Source of the DNA: an uncultured Candidatus Saccharibacteria bacterium
Lineage (GTDB): Bacteria > Patescibacteriota > Minisyncoccia > UBA6257 > 2-01-FULL-56-20
Direction: 5' to 3'
NCBI GenBank assembly: GCA_964360585.1
Contig: CAYHXC010000001.1
Location: forward strand, 21,907-85,906
Length of the DNA stretch: 64,000 nucleotides
In this document: in pieces, positions 45,647 through 55,350 of the stretch
Numbering within the stretch: the first letter of the stretch is position 1
How the letters are laid out: the number at the start of each line of letters is the position of its first letter
Notes under the pieces: generated by a model
The model's input: the letters and a program-made list of their open reading frames with translations, nothing else
What the model was told of the DNA's origin: nothing
The model's database searches: none
Position numbers and translations under genes: made by a program

Positions 45647-46183
45647 TTATCGCGTAAAGGATTCGAGGATAGTGCGGAACTTTTCATACTGGGGAAGCTG
45701 ATCCTGTTTTTGCAATCCCAAATGTTTCAGGGTTTCAAAACTGACTTTATACAAGAATGAATTGGTGCGCTCGGGATCCGGCGATCGCTCAACAAGACCG
45801 CGAATGAGGAGCGAACGCAACGTAAACAGCGAATTCACCCCGCGCAGATATTCGATGCGACTGCGGGAGATGGGACCAAGATACAAGATAACCGACAGCA
45901 CCTCAAGACTGGCCGGCGTGAGATCTTCACTCAACTCTTTTTTCATGAAACTTTCGAGCAGGGCATGAAACTGCGGCTTCGTGACCAACTGCACCTTGTC
46001 CTCGTGCCGGACCAGCCGTAATCCCCGCTCGCCCCGTTCCAGCTCCTTCTCCAGGACATCGAGCAGTGCTTCGCACTCCGTTTTATCCAACTTCAAAACC
46101 TCCCCCATTTTTTTGAGCGTCAAAGGCTCTCCGTGAAGAAAGAGGAGGGCTTCGCACTCGGCTAGTTGGTGATTTTTGTTCAT
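45647..46183 (-). CDS. scpB: SMC-Scp complex subunit ScpB
   Basis: EALLFLHGEP; SLEVLS; IEYLRGVNS; likely start ATG 46183. Confidence 0.93.
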   Translation of the reverse strand: MNKNHQLAECEALLFLHGEPLTLKKMGEVLKLDKTECEALLDVLEKELERGERGLRLVRHEDKVQLVTKPQFHALLESFMKKELSEDLTPASLEVLSVILYLGPISRSRIEYLRGVNSLFTLRSLLIRGLVERSPDPERTNSFLYKVSFETLKHLGLQKQDQLPQYEKFRTILESFTR

Positions 46184-46316
46184 CCCCACACCTAATGAGA
46201 AACTGTGCTCTTAAGCAGCACAATCTCAATATAATAAACGACTCTTTTATGCATTTTATAATTGCTCATATGCGACATAGTATTTGGAAAATCAATATTT
46301 CTCATTAGGTGTGGGG
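46184..46316. mobile_element. Family B hairpin element between the scpA stop and scpB start
   Basis: CCCCACACCTAATGAGA ... TCTCATTAGGTGTGGGG. Confidence 0.75.
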
Positions 46317-46318
46317 AT

Positions 46319-47065
46319 TCATGCAGTAGATTCGTTCGGTTTAATAATTATATCAGAGAAATGCTCGGCCTGTTCGATGATGATGGTTTGTTCGCGAGCG
46401 AGATGGAGAATCGCCAAAAAAGCGACGATAACGTCCGATCGGTCTCCTGATTTTGATAATTTGGAAAAGGTTGTCTCCTCAATGCGGTGCAACCGCTCAA
46501 GAATATGCTGCATTTTTTCCTCAAGCGTCACGATCACACTCCGCATAACCTCTTCCTCCAGAATGATCTTCTGAAGCGATTGGGTCAGTCGTTCCATGTG
46601 AGGAATGAGATTTTCAAGTGCGAGCGTCTCCCCGGGATAAAAAGTATTGTGCGATACATCCTGCGGCAGGTTTCTCGAGATAGAAAGAAAATAAGGACGA
46701 CTGGATTCCTTTTCCTCCGAACGCCAGAGTTGGGCGACCAACCTTCCCGCCTCCTTGAACTCCCGATAGGCCTTCAACCGCTCTTCAAGTTCAACCAGAT
46801 TTTCTTCGTCTTCCATTGTCATCGGAAGATCGGGCAAAAGAGATTTCGATTTTAAAAGGATCAGCTGGCTCGCGATCACAATAAAATCAGCCAGCAAGGC
46901 CGGCGGCGCTTCGCCAAGCGTTTCCACGTGTTTCAAAAAGTCATCGGTCACTTTGGCCATGCTCAAACGGCTCACATCCATCTTCTCCGATTCGATGAGT
47001 TCAAGAAGTTTGTCTAACGGCCCGGAGAACTCTCCGAGACGCAGTTCATAAGAGACAATGATCAT
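46319..47065 (-). CDS. scpA: Segregation and condensation protein ScpA
   Basis: FSGPLDKLLELI; LKSKSLLP; FLAILHL. Confidence 0.93.
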   Translation of the reverse strand: MIIVSYELRLGEFSGPLDKLLELIESEKMDVSRLSMAKVTDDFLKHVETLGEAPPALLADFIVIASQLILLKSKSLLPDLPMTMEDEENLVELEERLKAYREFKEAGRLVAQLWRSEEKESSRPYFLSISRNLPQDVSHNTFYPGETLALENLIPHMERLTQSLQKIILEEEVMRSVIVTLEEKMQHILERLHRIEETTFSKLSKSGDRSDVIVAFLAILHLAREQTIIIEQAEHFSDIIIKPNESTA

Positions 47066-47290
47066 AGGGTGTAGGGGTTAGGGTATAGGGTATAGGGTAG
47101 CGAACAGTGGATTGTCATTACGCCTTGTCCGGCCAGGGAGGAGCGGAGCGACTCGCCTCGCTGACAGCCTCGCCGAGTCTAGGCAGGGAACTTTGGCGAA
47201 GCGGGCGTGGCAATCTCGTGAAAGTGGATAGCGAATAGAGAATTGTATGTATGACCATTAGTTATCAGTTATTAGTTGTTGGTCAGCGTC
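47066..47290. repeat. Heptamer tracts plus nested REP-like palindromes
   Basis: AGGGTGTAGGGGTTAGGGTATAGGGTATAGGG; TGTCATTACG..GAGCGGAGCGAC..GTGGCAATCTC. Confidence 0.55.
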
Positions 47291-47292
47291 AG

Positions 47293-48672
47293 CTAGTAGT
47301 TGCTTTTGACCCAGGCCAATAAACTTTTCGCCTCTTCTTCGTAGTTCGGAGAGTTTAAAAGAATAATCACGAACGGCCGTTTTGCTCCATTCAAAGTCAG
47401 ATCGAAAACAGAAAGAATCGTGCCGCCGGCCGCGGTAGAAAGTCCCACTTTACCGCCAACAAATCCGGTCGTTCCGGTAAAGACATTATAGTTCTCAAGA
47501 TTAGTGAAGGCCGATGGACCATAAGCCCGATTATCCACCACGCCGCGCGAGAGCGAAAGAATAAACTGGCGGTTGTTATAAAGGTAGCGAGCCAGCACAA
47601 ACAAATCGCGGGGACTGCTGACATTTTCGGCGGCAACGCCAGCTGTATCGGCAAAAACCGTATCCCGCATACCAATCGCTTTTGCTTTTTGATTCATCTG
47701 CACAATGAATTGTTTCTCTCCTCCGTAGTATCCTTTGGCGAGCGCCGTCGCCGCTTCATTGGATGATTCCGTAAGAAGCAAACTTAAGAGATCGAGGACT
47801 CGCACCTGGCTTCCAACTGTAAGACGAGGACGCGACGTAGCAATAATCATATCGGTCCGAATGGTAATTTCTTTTTCGATGTTAATGTACTCGGTAGCGA
47901 TTAAAGCCGTCATGAGTTTGGTTAAAGAAGCGATTGGCAAAACAACATCTTTCTCTTTTTCTGTCAGCACAAAATCGCTCTTCAAATCGGCGGCCAGATA
48001 GCTTTTTGATTTTAAAAGCGGAGCGCGAATTTCATAGGCGAACGAATCGGCTTGAAAATCCTTTTTGAAAACTAAGACCGGCGTACCCACTTTCACCTGA
48101 TCATAGATCCATTTGGCATCTTCCGTCGAAAGACGGATACAGCCGCCAGAGTATCCCGGCGGAACAACGCGGCCATCGGGATAGGTTGGCCAACCGTGAA
48201 TGAAAAAATTTCCCTGGAACGGCAAACTCCAGGGCATCGAGACATGACCGAGCGATGAAAAATGCGTTGGCTCCTTAGCTTCAATTCTATATAACCCCGC
48301 CGGCGTTTCCCACCATGATCCTTCCTTTCCTTTTGATAAAACAGGAATTTCCTTAACTACCCGACCAGCTTTATAGAGACGAATGAGGTCGCTTGAAAGA
48401 TCGGCTTCGATAAAATCAGCGCCTTGGGTAATAAAATCAGACTTCACTTTTCCGAAAAACTGGACATCTTGAAGCGCCGGCCAGCTACCATACGTCAGTT
48501 CAACCGCATTGGTTCCGGTGGGCAGGAAAAAAGTGTACTTCAACGTTTTCCGATAAATGAAAAAAACAATGGTGACGATAATGATAGTGGCGCCAAAAAT
48601 GGAAGCCACGATCCAGTTCGGAACATGACGATGCAGAATATGAATATCTAAAACGTTATTCTCCTCTTCCAT
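47293..48672 (-). CDS. L,D-transpeptidase (YkuD) fused to an S11 carboxypeptidase
   Basis: FFIHGW..SGGCIRL; ASLTK, SSN, KVG. Confidence 0.85.
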   Translation of the reverse strand: MEEENNVLDIHILHRHVPNWIVASIFGATIIIVTIVFFIYRKTLKYTFFLPTGTNAVELTYGSWPALQDVQFFGKVKSDFITQGADFIEADLSSDLIRLYKAGRVVKEIPVLSKGKEGSWWETPAGLYRIEAKEPTHFSSLGHVSMPWSLPFQGNFFIHGWPTYPDGRVVPPGYSGGCIRLSTEDAKWIYDQVKVGTPVLVFKKDFQADSFAYEIRAPLLKSKSYLAADLKSDFVLTEKEKDVVLPIASLTKLMTALIATEYINIEKEITIRTDMIIATSRPRLTVGSQVRVLDLLSLLLTESSNEAATALAKGYYGGEKQFIVQMNQKAKAIGMRDTVFADTAGVAAENVSSPRDLFVLARYLYNNRQFILSLSRGVVDNRAYGPSAFTNLENYNVFTGTTGFVGGKVGLSTAAGGTILSVFDLTLNGAKRPFVIILLNSPNYEEEAKSLLAWVKSNY

Positions 48673-48675
48673 AAA

Positions 48676-49920
48676 TTATTGTTCTTTAAGATACGCGCCG
48701 ACACGATAGTTATTTGAGGGACTCCAGATCATCCAACCATCAACGAGAGAAGGTGTGCCGGACGCCACGTCATTCAAAGCATTGATCTGTTTGCGAATCA
48801 TAGTCGAGTCGTAGGTGGCACCAAGATCAAAATCCTGGAACCAGGGACGAAGTTTACCAAGTGGTCGATCAAGAACAACCGTGCTCGAAGGTTCCATACT
48901 CGCCGCTTTTAATGCCTTCAGCTTACCAACGGCTTTCTCTACGGAATAGTAGACGACTTCATAGGGATACTCCGCGGGATTTTTGAAGCCGAGAAAACCT
49001 TGAGCGTAGTGCGAAGGATAGACCATCGGCGAGACATAATCAAAATAGCGGTAGGCGTCTTCAATTATTTGGCCGATTCCCAGATCGTCGTTATTGACGG
49101 TGGCCAATCCGAAAAGATCGGCGGACAATCGAGCCTGCGGCATCTGGCTCCGAACGTACCGGAAAAATTCTTTGATAACCGTATGTCGGGCAGTTTTCTG
49201 ATCCCAGTAAGGATACCCGATCAGCTTCAGATTTCCGTCCGAAGGAAAACGAACGTAGTCAAAATTGATCTCATCAAAGCCGCGCGCCAAAGCATCCTTG
49301 GCAATGGCAACATTGTAATCCCACACTGGTTTGGCTGATGCGTCCATCCAAGTCAGTCCTTTCCGATCTTTCCAGGTGGCCGTCGTTGATCCCTGTTTCA
49401 GAGCCCACTCGGGATGCGCTTTCGCCAACACCACATCCTGAAAAACAGAGACTCGTCCGATGACATAGATTCCAGCGTCATGCAGTTCTTTAATCGTCCG
49501 GTTGGGATATTTTATTTTTGGACTAACCCCGGCTTTACTATCCACCACTTCAGGGATCTCTGCAGTATACGACAACTCCCCTGAGTAGTCTTTGATATCA
49601 ATTACCACGGCACTGATCTCAGTCTCAGACGCGATTTTCTTCACATACTCAATTTTTTTACTAAGGCCGGCCGACCATCCTGTAAGATAGATAGCTTTGA
49701 TGGAAGCGGGTGGATTGGCGAGCGGCGAAGTATTCGGAATATCACCGTTTGAAAGAGTTGAAGTTTGACTCGTTGTTCCCTGGCCGGTCGTTATCGTTGA
49801 ACTTCCTTTCTCTTGCAACCCCACAATGGGCTTTCCCACTGCCACTTCACGCGGTCCAGCGAAAGAGAAAAGGCCAGCTCCAATAACTAACGCCCCCATG
49901 ATGCCAGCCGCGAATTTCAT
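48676..49920 (-). CDS. Putative glycoside hydrolase (DUF4015-like)
   Basis: VVIDIKD; GFDEINFDYVRFP; SPMVYPSHY; RPWFQDF. Confidence 0.8.
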   Translation of the reverse strand: MKFAAGIMGALVIGAGLFSFAGPREVAVGKPIVGLQEKGSSTITTGQGTTSQTSTLSNGDIPNTSPLANPPASIKAIYLTGWSAGLSKKIEYVKKIASETEISAVVIDIKDYSGELSYTAEIPEVVDSKAGVSPKIKYPNRTIKELHDAGIYVIGRVSVFQDVVLAKAHPEWALKQGSTTATWKDRKGLTWMDASAKPVWDYNVAIAKDALARGFDEINFDYVRFPSDGNLKLIGYPYWDQKTARHTVIKEFFRYVRSQMPQARLSADLFGLATVNNDDLGIGQIIEDAYRYFDYVSPMVYPSHYAQGFLGFKNPAEYPYEVVYYSVEKAVGKLKALKAASMEPSSTVVLDRPLGKLRPWFQDFDLGATYDSTMIRKQINALNDVASGTPSLVDGWMIWSPSNNYRVGAYLKEQ

Positions 49921-50052
49921 CCCTCACCCAACGAGGAACAACTCGCCATTGGGGCGAGGTCCTCACATGTTCCCGACTTTGTTAGATTGCTAGTTAAATT
50001 TTTCATTAGAGAAGCACCTACCTGCCCATTTCCTCGTTGGGTGAGGGATGAA
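49916..50052. mobile_element. Family B-like hairpin element containing the start codon
   Basis: TTCATCCCTCACCCAACGAGGAA ... TTCCTCGTTGGGTGAGGGATGAA, a perfect 23-bp IR. Confidence 0.7.
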
Positions 50053-50158
50053 TCCCTTTCATTGTATTCAAAAATGCCGCTTAAATCAAAGAAATTTTTA
50101 ATAGAAAAACGGCGACCGCTGTTATGCGAATCGCCGTATTGTTAAGCTTCTGCAGATA

Positions 50159-51457
50159 TTAGACAACTGCAAGTTCCTCTGCCATAACGCGCTTCACTTC
50201 TGCCACGGGATCTTTGGCTCCGAGAATCTGACGGCCCATGACGAGATAGTCGGCGCCGTTATCCTTGGCTCCACGAGGCGTGGCGATCCGTGCTTGATCG
50301 TCTTTTGGAGTGGCTTCGGAACGGATGCCTGGCGTGACGATTGTCTTGTCCGGATAGAGAGCCTTCAGTTTTCTAGCTTCTTCTGGCGAACAAACAAAGC
50401 CATGCGCCCCTCCTCCGGCTCCAATCTGGGCGAGAACTTTCACTTGTTCCAGCGGTCTACGTTGGTAAACTTCTTTACTGGTTGCGGGATTGATTGAGGT
50501 CAGTACCGTGATGGCAAGTACTTTGGTTGGCGTTCCAGCAAGCGCTTCGACAGCCGCCTTGACCATCTCGCCGCTTCCCGATGCGTGAACGGTAACTGCC
50601 CACGGCGGATTCTTGCGGAGCCGTTCGCAGGTGTTCTTCACCGTGTTTGGAATGTCGTGGCACTTGAGATCTGCCATGACGCGGCCGTACACATGAAGAT
50701 CGGGAATGAGGTCCGCGATCCCTCGATCAAAGAGAAGATCATTCACCTTGAGAATACACCCGGAGGGTCGCAGCGGATCGATGATTGCGAGTGTCTCTTC
50801 CCAGCTCTTACCATCGAGCGCCACGATGATGCAGTTCTTCTCTTCGGTTTCGGAGTTGCATCGTTGCATTACTCCGAAATCAGACACGAGAAGCTTGCGC
50901 ACATCGTGCAGTGTCGTACCCGGCCAGACTGAAAGATCGACTCCCTGCTCGACGAACTTTCTCTTCCACCCCTGTTGCCGATCGACGAGAACAACGAGAT
51001 CCTGCACCTGAAGACCCATCGCCCTCGCCTCGAAGAACGGAATGATCTTTGACTCGCCGTCGGTTACCACATCATCGAAAATTACCGCTGTGCTCCCGAA
51101 TGGAGCCGAGCCGATGGAAGTTGCCTTGGCGACGCGTCCTTCTTTTGGTCGCTCACGGATCGTGATGTACGGAATACCCGTAGCGAGCGACAATGGCCCT
51201 GCGAAACAACTCACGGCATCCGGCACCTCGATAAACCGACTGGGATTGAGGCGACGAATAGGATTCTCGAATGCTCGAGCAATCGTTCTGATCGCGTCGG
51301 GACTATTGCGAGCATCCCGTAGATTGATGTAGACATCGGTCTTACCACCGCTCTTTAGGGGCAGATCTCTCCCGTTCGAGAACCTGATGAGCTGGTGTTC
51401 GAGTAGACGGGCGACCAGATTCCTTTGTTCGGACGGATCAAGCCAAGAAAGTTGCAT
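50159..51457 (-). CDS. pyrF: Bifunctional orotate PRTase / OMP decarboxylase (PyrE-PyrF fusion)
   Basis: LKSG..YINLR; FDDVVTDG; VALD; DLKCHDIPNT; TPGIR..DDQAR; GGAGG RBS before ATG 51457. Confidence 0.88.
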   Translation of the reverse strand: MQLSWLDPSEQRNLVARLLEHQLIRFSNGRDLPLKSGGKTDVYINLRDARNSPDAIRTIARAFENPIRRLNPSRFIEVPDAVSCFAGPLSLATGIPYITIRERPKEGRVAKATSIGSAPFGSTAVIFDDVVTDGESKIIPFFEARAMGLQVQDLVVLVDRQQGWKRKFVEQGVDLSVWPGTTLHDVRKLLVSDFGVMQRCNSETEEKNCIIVALDGKSWEETLAIIDPLRPSGCILKVNDLLFDRGIADLIPDLHVYGRVMADLKCHDIPNTVKNTCERLRKNPPWAVTVHASGSGEMVKAAVEALAGTPTKVLAITVLTSINPATSKEVYQRRPLEQVKVLAQIGAGGGAHGFVCSPEEARKLKALYPDKTIVTPGIRSEATPKDDQARIATPRGAKDNGADYLVMGRQILGAKDPVAEVKRVMAEELAVV

Positions 51458-51596
51458 CCTAACCTCCACTTCTGGGCATCACCTTGTGATGCACGTTGAT
51501 TTTTCTGCTACTAGACTTATACCGTTAGAAAGCTGAAAGATCAAGAAGAATGTTAACCTATGCATTTTTCGAGATTCACCCTATAATCCTTCCCAT

Positions 51597-52733
51597 ATGG
51601 CTTTAGCTTTTCACCGCAAGTACCGCCCCAAAAAACTCGACGAGTTAGTTGGCCAGGAGGAGAATATCGACATCCTCCGAAATGCCGCGGCCACCAACCG
51701 TCTCGGCCAGGCCTATCTTTTCTACGGATCGCGAGGCACGGGCAAAACCACGACCGCTCGACTCGTCGCCAAACTTTTGAACTGCGAAAAACGCGCCGAA
51801 GATCCGGCATTTATGAAACTCGGTGAACCCTGCGGCGAGTGTCGGTCATGTAAAGAAATCGATACGGCAAGCGCCATTGATCTCATTGAAATCGACGCCG
51901 CCTCAAACCGCGGCATTGATGAGATGCGAAACTTAAAAGAGAACATTCGCGTTGCCCCGACATCCAGCAAGTACAAGGTTTATATTATAGATGAAGCGCA
52001 CATGCTCACCCGCGAGGCGGCGAACGCGCTTTTAAAAACTCTCGAGGAACCGCCCCAGCACACGACAATTATTCTGGCTACCACCGAGTATGAGAAACTG
52101 CCGCCGACGATTACCTCACGAACCCAACGTTTTCTTTTTAAAAGACTCCCGAAGCCGCGCATTATTGAAAAACTGAACCGGATCGTCGCAGAAGAAAAAA
52201 TCTCCATCGAACCCGAAGCGTTGGAGTTGATTGCCGCCCTTGGCGAAGGCAGTCTCCGCGATGCCGAATCCCTGCTTGATCAGATGAGCTCATTTTCTTC
52301 CGTGCTTGAAAACAAAAAGAAAACTGGCATCACCCTCCAGCTTGTCGAAGAAACAACGGGCCGCGTGGGCATGAAAAAGATACACCAACTGTGCACTCTT
52401 ATTTTGGAAAACGATCGCGAAGGCATGACCAAGTACCTAGAGCAAATTAACGAGGAGGGCCATGACCTTGTCCGCTTCACGAAAGATCTTATTCACTACT
52501 TGCGCAAAATTGTCGCCCTGAAGGCCAGTCCCGACCTAGAGAAGGATTTCCAATCGGAGATGACCGACGAGGAGATTAAAAAATTAAAAGCCCTCGCCGC
52601 AAAAGCGAATCTCGAAAAACATATTCCCCTAATCCGAAACTTGATTCGAGCGTACGCCGATATGCGCTATTCTCCCTTTGCGTTAATTCCATTGGAAATA
52701 ACGCTTCTCGAATTTCTAGGTAGTAGAGAGTAA
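51597..52733 (+). CDS. dnaX: DNA polymerase III gamma/tau subunit (short form)
   Basis: RKYRP; GSRGTGKTT; EIDAASNRG; IDEAHML; LLKTLEEPP. Confidence 0.96.
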   Translation: MALAFHRKYRPKKLDELVGQEENIDILRNAAATNRLGQAYLFYGSRGTGKTTTARLVAKLLNCEKRAEDPAFMKLGEPCGECRSCKEIDTASAIDLIEIDAASNRGIDEMRNLKENIRVAPTSSKYKVYIIDEAHMLTREAANALLKTLEEPPQHTTIILATTEYEKLPPTITSRTQRFLFKRLPKPRIIEKLNRIVAEEKISIEPEALELIAALGEGSLRDAESLLDQMSSFSSVLENKKKTGITLQLVEETTGRVGMKKIHQLCTLILENDREGMTKYLEQINEEGHDLVRFTKDLIHYLRKIVALKASPDLEKDFQSEMTDEEIKKLKALAAKANLEKHIPLIRNLIRAYADMRYSPFALIPLEITLLEFLGSRE

Positions 52734-52799
52734 TTGGCAATGAGTAGTCGGGAGATAATCCTCGCTCCTCGCTAATTACTGCCTACTATTTACTAACTA

Positions 52800-53255
52800 C
52801 TATCTGGTAACCGAGATAGTCTGGCCCAACTGGGCAGACGGAGCGGACAAGGTGATCACCCCCGTGGAACTGGTTTTCAAAATATAGTACCCAGAATCGT
52901 AATCCGTAACCGACGTGTAGTACGCGCCCGACGCCGAAGGATCATAGGGCATCGCTGGTAAATACGGCACTATGCATGGAGCGATGTCATACGTACTCGT
53001 CCCGCTCGAGGCCATTTTTTTCGATGAGGTTGGGATGTCCCCCGCCGCGCACGGAAAAACACCGGTTCTATTTTCGGCAGTCAATTCACGTACCCATAGG
53101 CCAATTGCGTTCAAATCAGATGTTCGCTGATTATTTCGCGCCTTGGCCAACTGCCCCGCCGGATTTATAGAGCGAATGACGAGCGCGCCAACGATAACCA
53201 TTAATCCAACTGAAAGAATTATTTCCACTAACGTAAAAGCGTTTCGTGTTTTCAT
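52800..53255 (-). CDS. Type IV pilin-like protein
   Basis: AFTLVEIIL N-terminus. Confidence 0.82.
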   Translation of the reverse strand: MKTRNAFTLVEIILSVGLMVIVGALVIRSINPAGQLAKARNNQRTSDLNAIGLWVRELTAENRTGVFPCAAGDIPTSSKKMASSGTSTYDIAPCIVPYLPAMPYDPSASGAYYTSVTDYDSGYYILKTSSTGVITLSAPSAQLGQTISVTR

Positions 53256-53275
53256 AATTTCATTTTAGCACATAC

Positions 53276-54709
53276 CTATTTAACCTCATCCCAGGAAAGA
53301 ATCGCATACTGATCGGTCGTCAAAGGAAAATCAGGAGGCGGACCGTAGAGAAGATTGGTGTCATAGATATAGTCACGATTCTGATAGCCATTTGTTCCAC
53401 TATAATAGACACCCGATCTTTGCGCCGAAGCAATCATGCCATAGGTTGTCAGTTGTGTTCTTGATCGAGAGGAACCGCAGCCTGATGAGCTGTAGGAATA
53501 GCGGCCAAACCGTCCATTCTGAGCAATCAACGCTCCGTCAATTCTCAAATCGTCCTCACTTGATAATCCAATATTGATATTATTCTGGGCAATTAAACCG
53601 ATCGCGTCCGAGCCATCATAATTAGTGTAGCGAAGATCATTATTGATAGTCGCATTGGCGCGCGTCGCTTGATTGTCAGGGAAACGACCGGCGCCAATGG
53701 TCACTCGACGATTACTAATCTGCCCTCGAACCCAGATATTATCCTCAAAGAAGATTGAACCGCTGGTTGGAATTGTCCTCGTCGCCACTAATGTTTCTGA
53801 CTGAATACTCCAGGTTCCCCATCCAGCCGTCGAAGCGCTACAGCCAGACCCAGGAGTAGTGGTCGCTGTAACACGATAGACACTCATGATGCCGCTGGTT
53901 GCGAAAACGACATCGTACCCTCGAGCCGTTGAGCTGGGAAAATAGTACCCAGTCGAAGAAGCAATATCTTTAATAGCCGCTAGATCTTGGGTAATTTGAG
54001 CAAAGTCTAATGTAGGCACACCTGTTTCCCGACCGACCATAAAAACATCTGAGCGACTGGGAAGAGCTGTCGGGGGCAAGGGATCGGTTGAACTTCGATG
54101 CGTGTGGACTGCCCATTCATCACTCCCGGTGTGATCAGGATCGTTATACGAAGTAAGGGCTGAAGAAACAAGATTATATGCTATACCATCAAAATGAATA
54201 CCGGCATTCGAGTGTATTGCTCCGAAAACTTCTGCCGCGCTTCCAAAGGTGACATCACTATCCAAAGCCCAGGCATATTTTGCAAAAGAAGGAATCCCTA
54301 ACCGCACCTCGATAATCTTTTCAATACTGGCATCCGCCGCCACCTTCCCCGTACTCCGAACAGTCACAATCGTCGAGCCATTAGGGGGAGGCGTGATCTC
54401 CAGAATAAATGTGCCAATGAGGTCGCCGTTTTTACTATAGTAGTTATGTATATACGGTCCTGGCTGACCGGTACCATCCTCATAGTCTGTTGAGGCGTGA
54501 GCTAGATGCCAACGATAGTACTCGATCCCCGCCTCGGCCATGGAAAAAGCCAGATTTTTATTAAAATCCCGAACCGAGAGATTCAAGAATGACCCTGCCC
54601 AGAGAACGAAACCGCCCATAAGAATAACAGTAACGGCTGAAAAGATCAGGAGCTCCAGAGACAACTGACCATTTACCCGCTTAACTTTTTCTAAAAATAA
54701 TCGAATCAT
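53276..54709 (-). CDS. PilX-like minor pilin
   Basis: GQLSLELL; AEAGIEYYRW; YDTNLLYGPPP. Confidence 0.75.
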   Translation of the reverse strand: MIRLFLEKVKRVNGQLSLELLIFSAVTVILMGGFVLWAGSFLNLSVRDFNKNLAFSMAEAGIEYYRWHLAHASTDYEDGTGQPGPYIHNYYSKNGDLIGTFILEITPPPNGSTIVTVRSTGKVAADASIEKIIEVRLGIPSFAKYAWALDSDVTFGSAAEVFGAIHSNAGIHFDGIAYNLVSSALTSYNDPDHTGSDEWAVHTHRSSTDPLPPTALPSRSDVFMVGRETGVPTLDFAQITQDLAAIKDIASSTGYYFPSSTARGYDVVFATSGIMSVYRVTATTTPGSGCSASTAGWGTWSIQSETLVATRTIPTSGSIFFEDNIWVRGQISNRRVTIGAGRFPDNQATRANATINNDLRYTNYDGSDAIGLIAQNNINIGLSSEDDLRIDGALIAQNGRFGRYSYSSSGCGSSRSRTQLTTYGMIASAQRSGVYYSGTNGYQNRDYIYDTNLLYGPPPDFPLTTDQYAILSWDEVK

Positions 54710-54726
54710 TATAAAAGTTAGGCGGG

Positions 54727-55350
54727 TTAATTTGAACGTAAGTTACGAATGGTGACTGTATTCGTGAAAGTTATGGGTTTGGGAGCAGAGCTCGTACTAA
54801 CATCGGCCGTCACTGATATTCTCATAAATCGAACTGCTTCAATTTCGATGGGAGAGGCAAGCGGTGTGAATGTGGAAGTGGCGGTGTCTCCAAAATACTC
54901 GAAACTACTACTACTAATTTTTACATTAGGGACTACAATTTTCACTCCTTCGGTGCTGGTCACATAGGTTGGCGGCGTACTCGTGGTCGGCTCAGTTACT
55001 CCTTTTTGGAGTGTGCTCGTGCCAAAGAAATACCGAACTCGTTCCATTGTGCCGTCGCGATCGACATCGCTATAAAAAACAAACGAGCTACTGGCAGCGC
55101 TTTCTATGGCATAGCTCCCATAGGCCGAAGGACCAGCTGAACGAATATCGGTTACCATGATCTGTAACCCTTGCTCTAAATCTCCTTGCACCTGTAAACG
55201 CTGATTAATGACCGTGCCGATGCTCGTCACTGTGCCGGAAAATTTACTAAGCACGAGCACAATAATGGCTGTAACGCCCATTGAAAGAATAATCTCGAGA
55301 AAGCTAATCCCTGCCCGTTTTTCTGATTGAAAAAAATTTCGAATAATCAT
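54727..55350 (-). CDS. PilW-like minor pilin
   Basis: GISFLEIIL; DIRSA; IRN C-terminus. Confidence 0.75.
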   Translation of the reverse strand: MIIRNFFQSEKRAGISFLEIILSMGVTAIIVLVLSKFSGTVTSIGTVINQRLQVQGDLEQGLQIMVTDIRSAGPSAYGSYAIESAASSSFVFYSDVDRDGTMERVRYFFGTSTLQKGVTEPTTSTPPTYVTSTEGVKIVVPNVKISSSSFEYFGDTATSTFTPLASPIEIEAVRFMRISVTADVSTSSAPKPITFTNTVTIRNLRSN

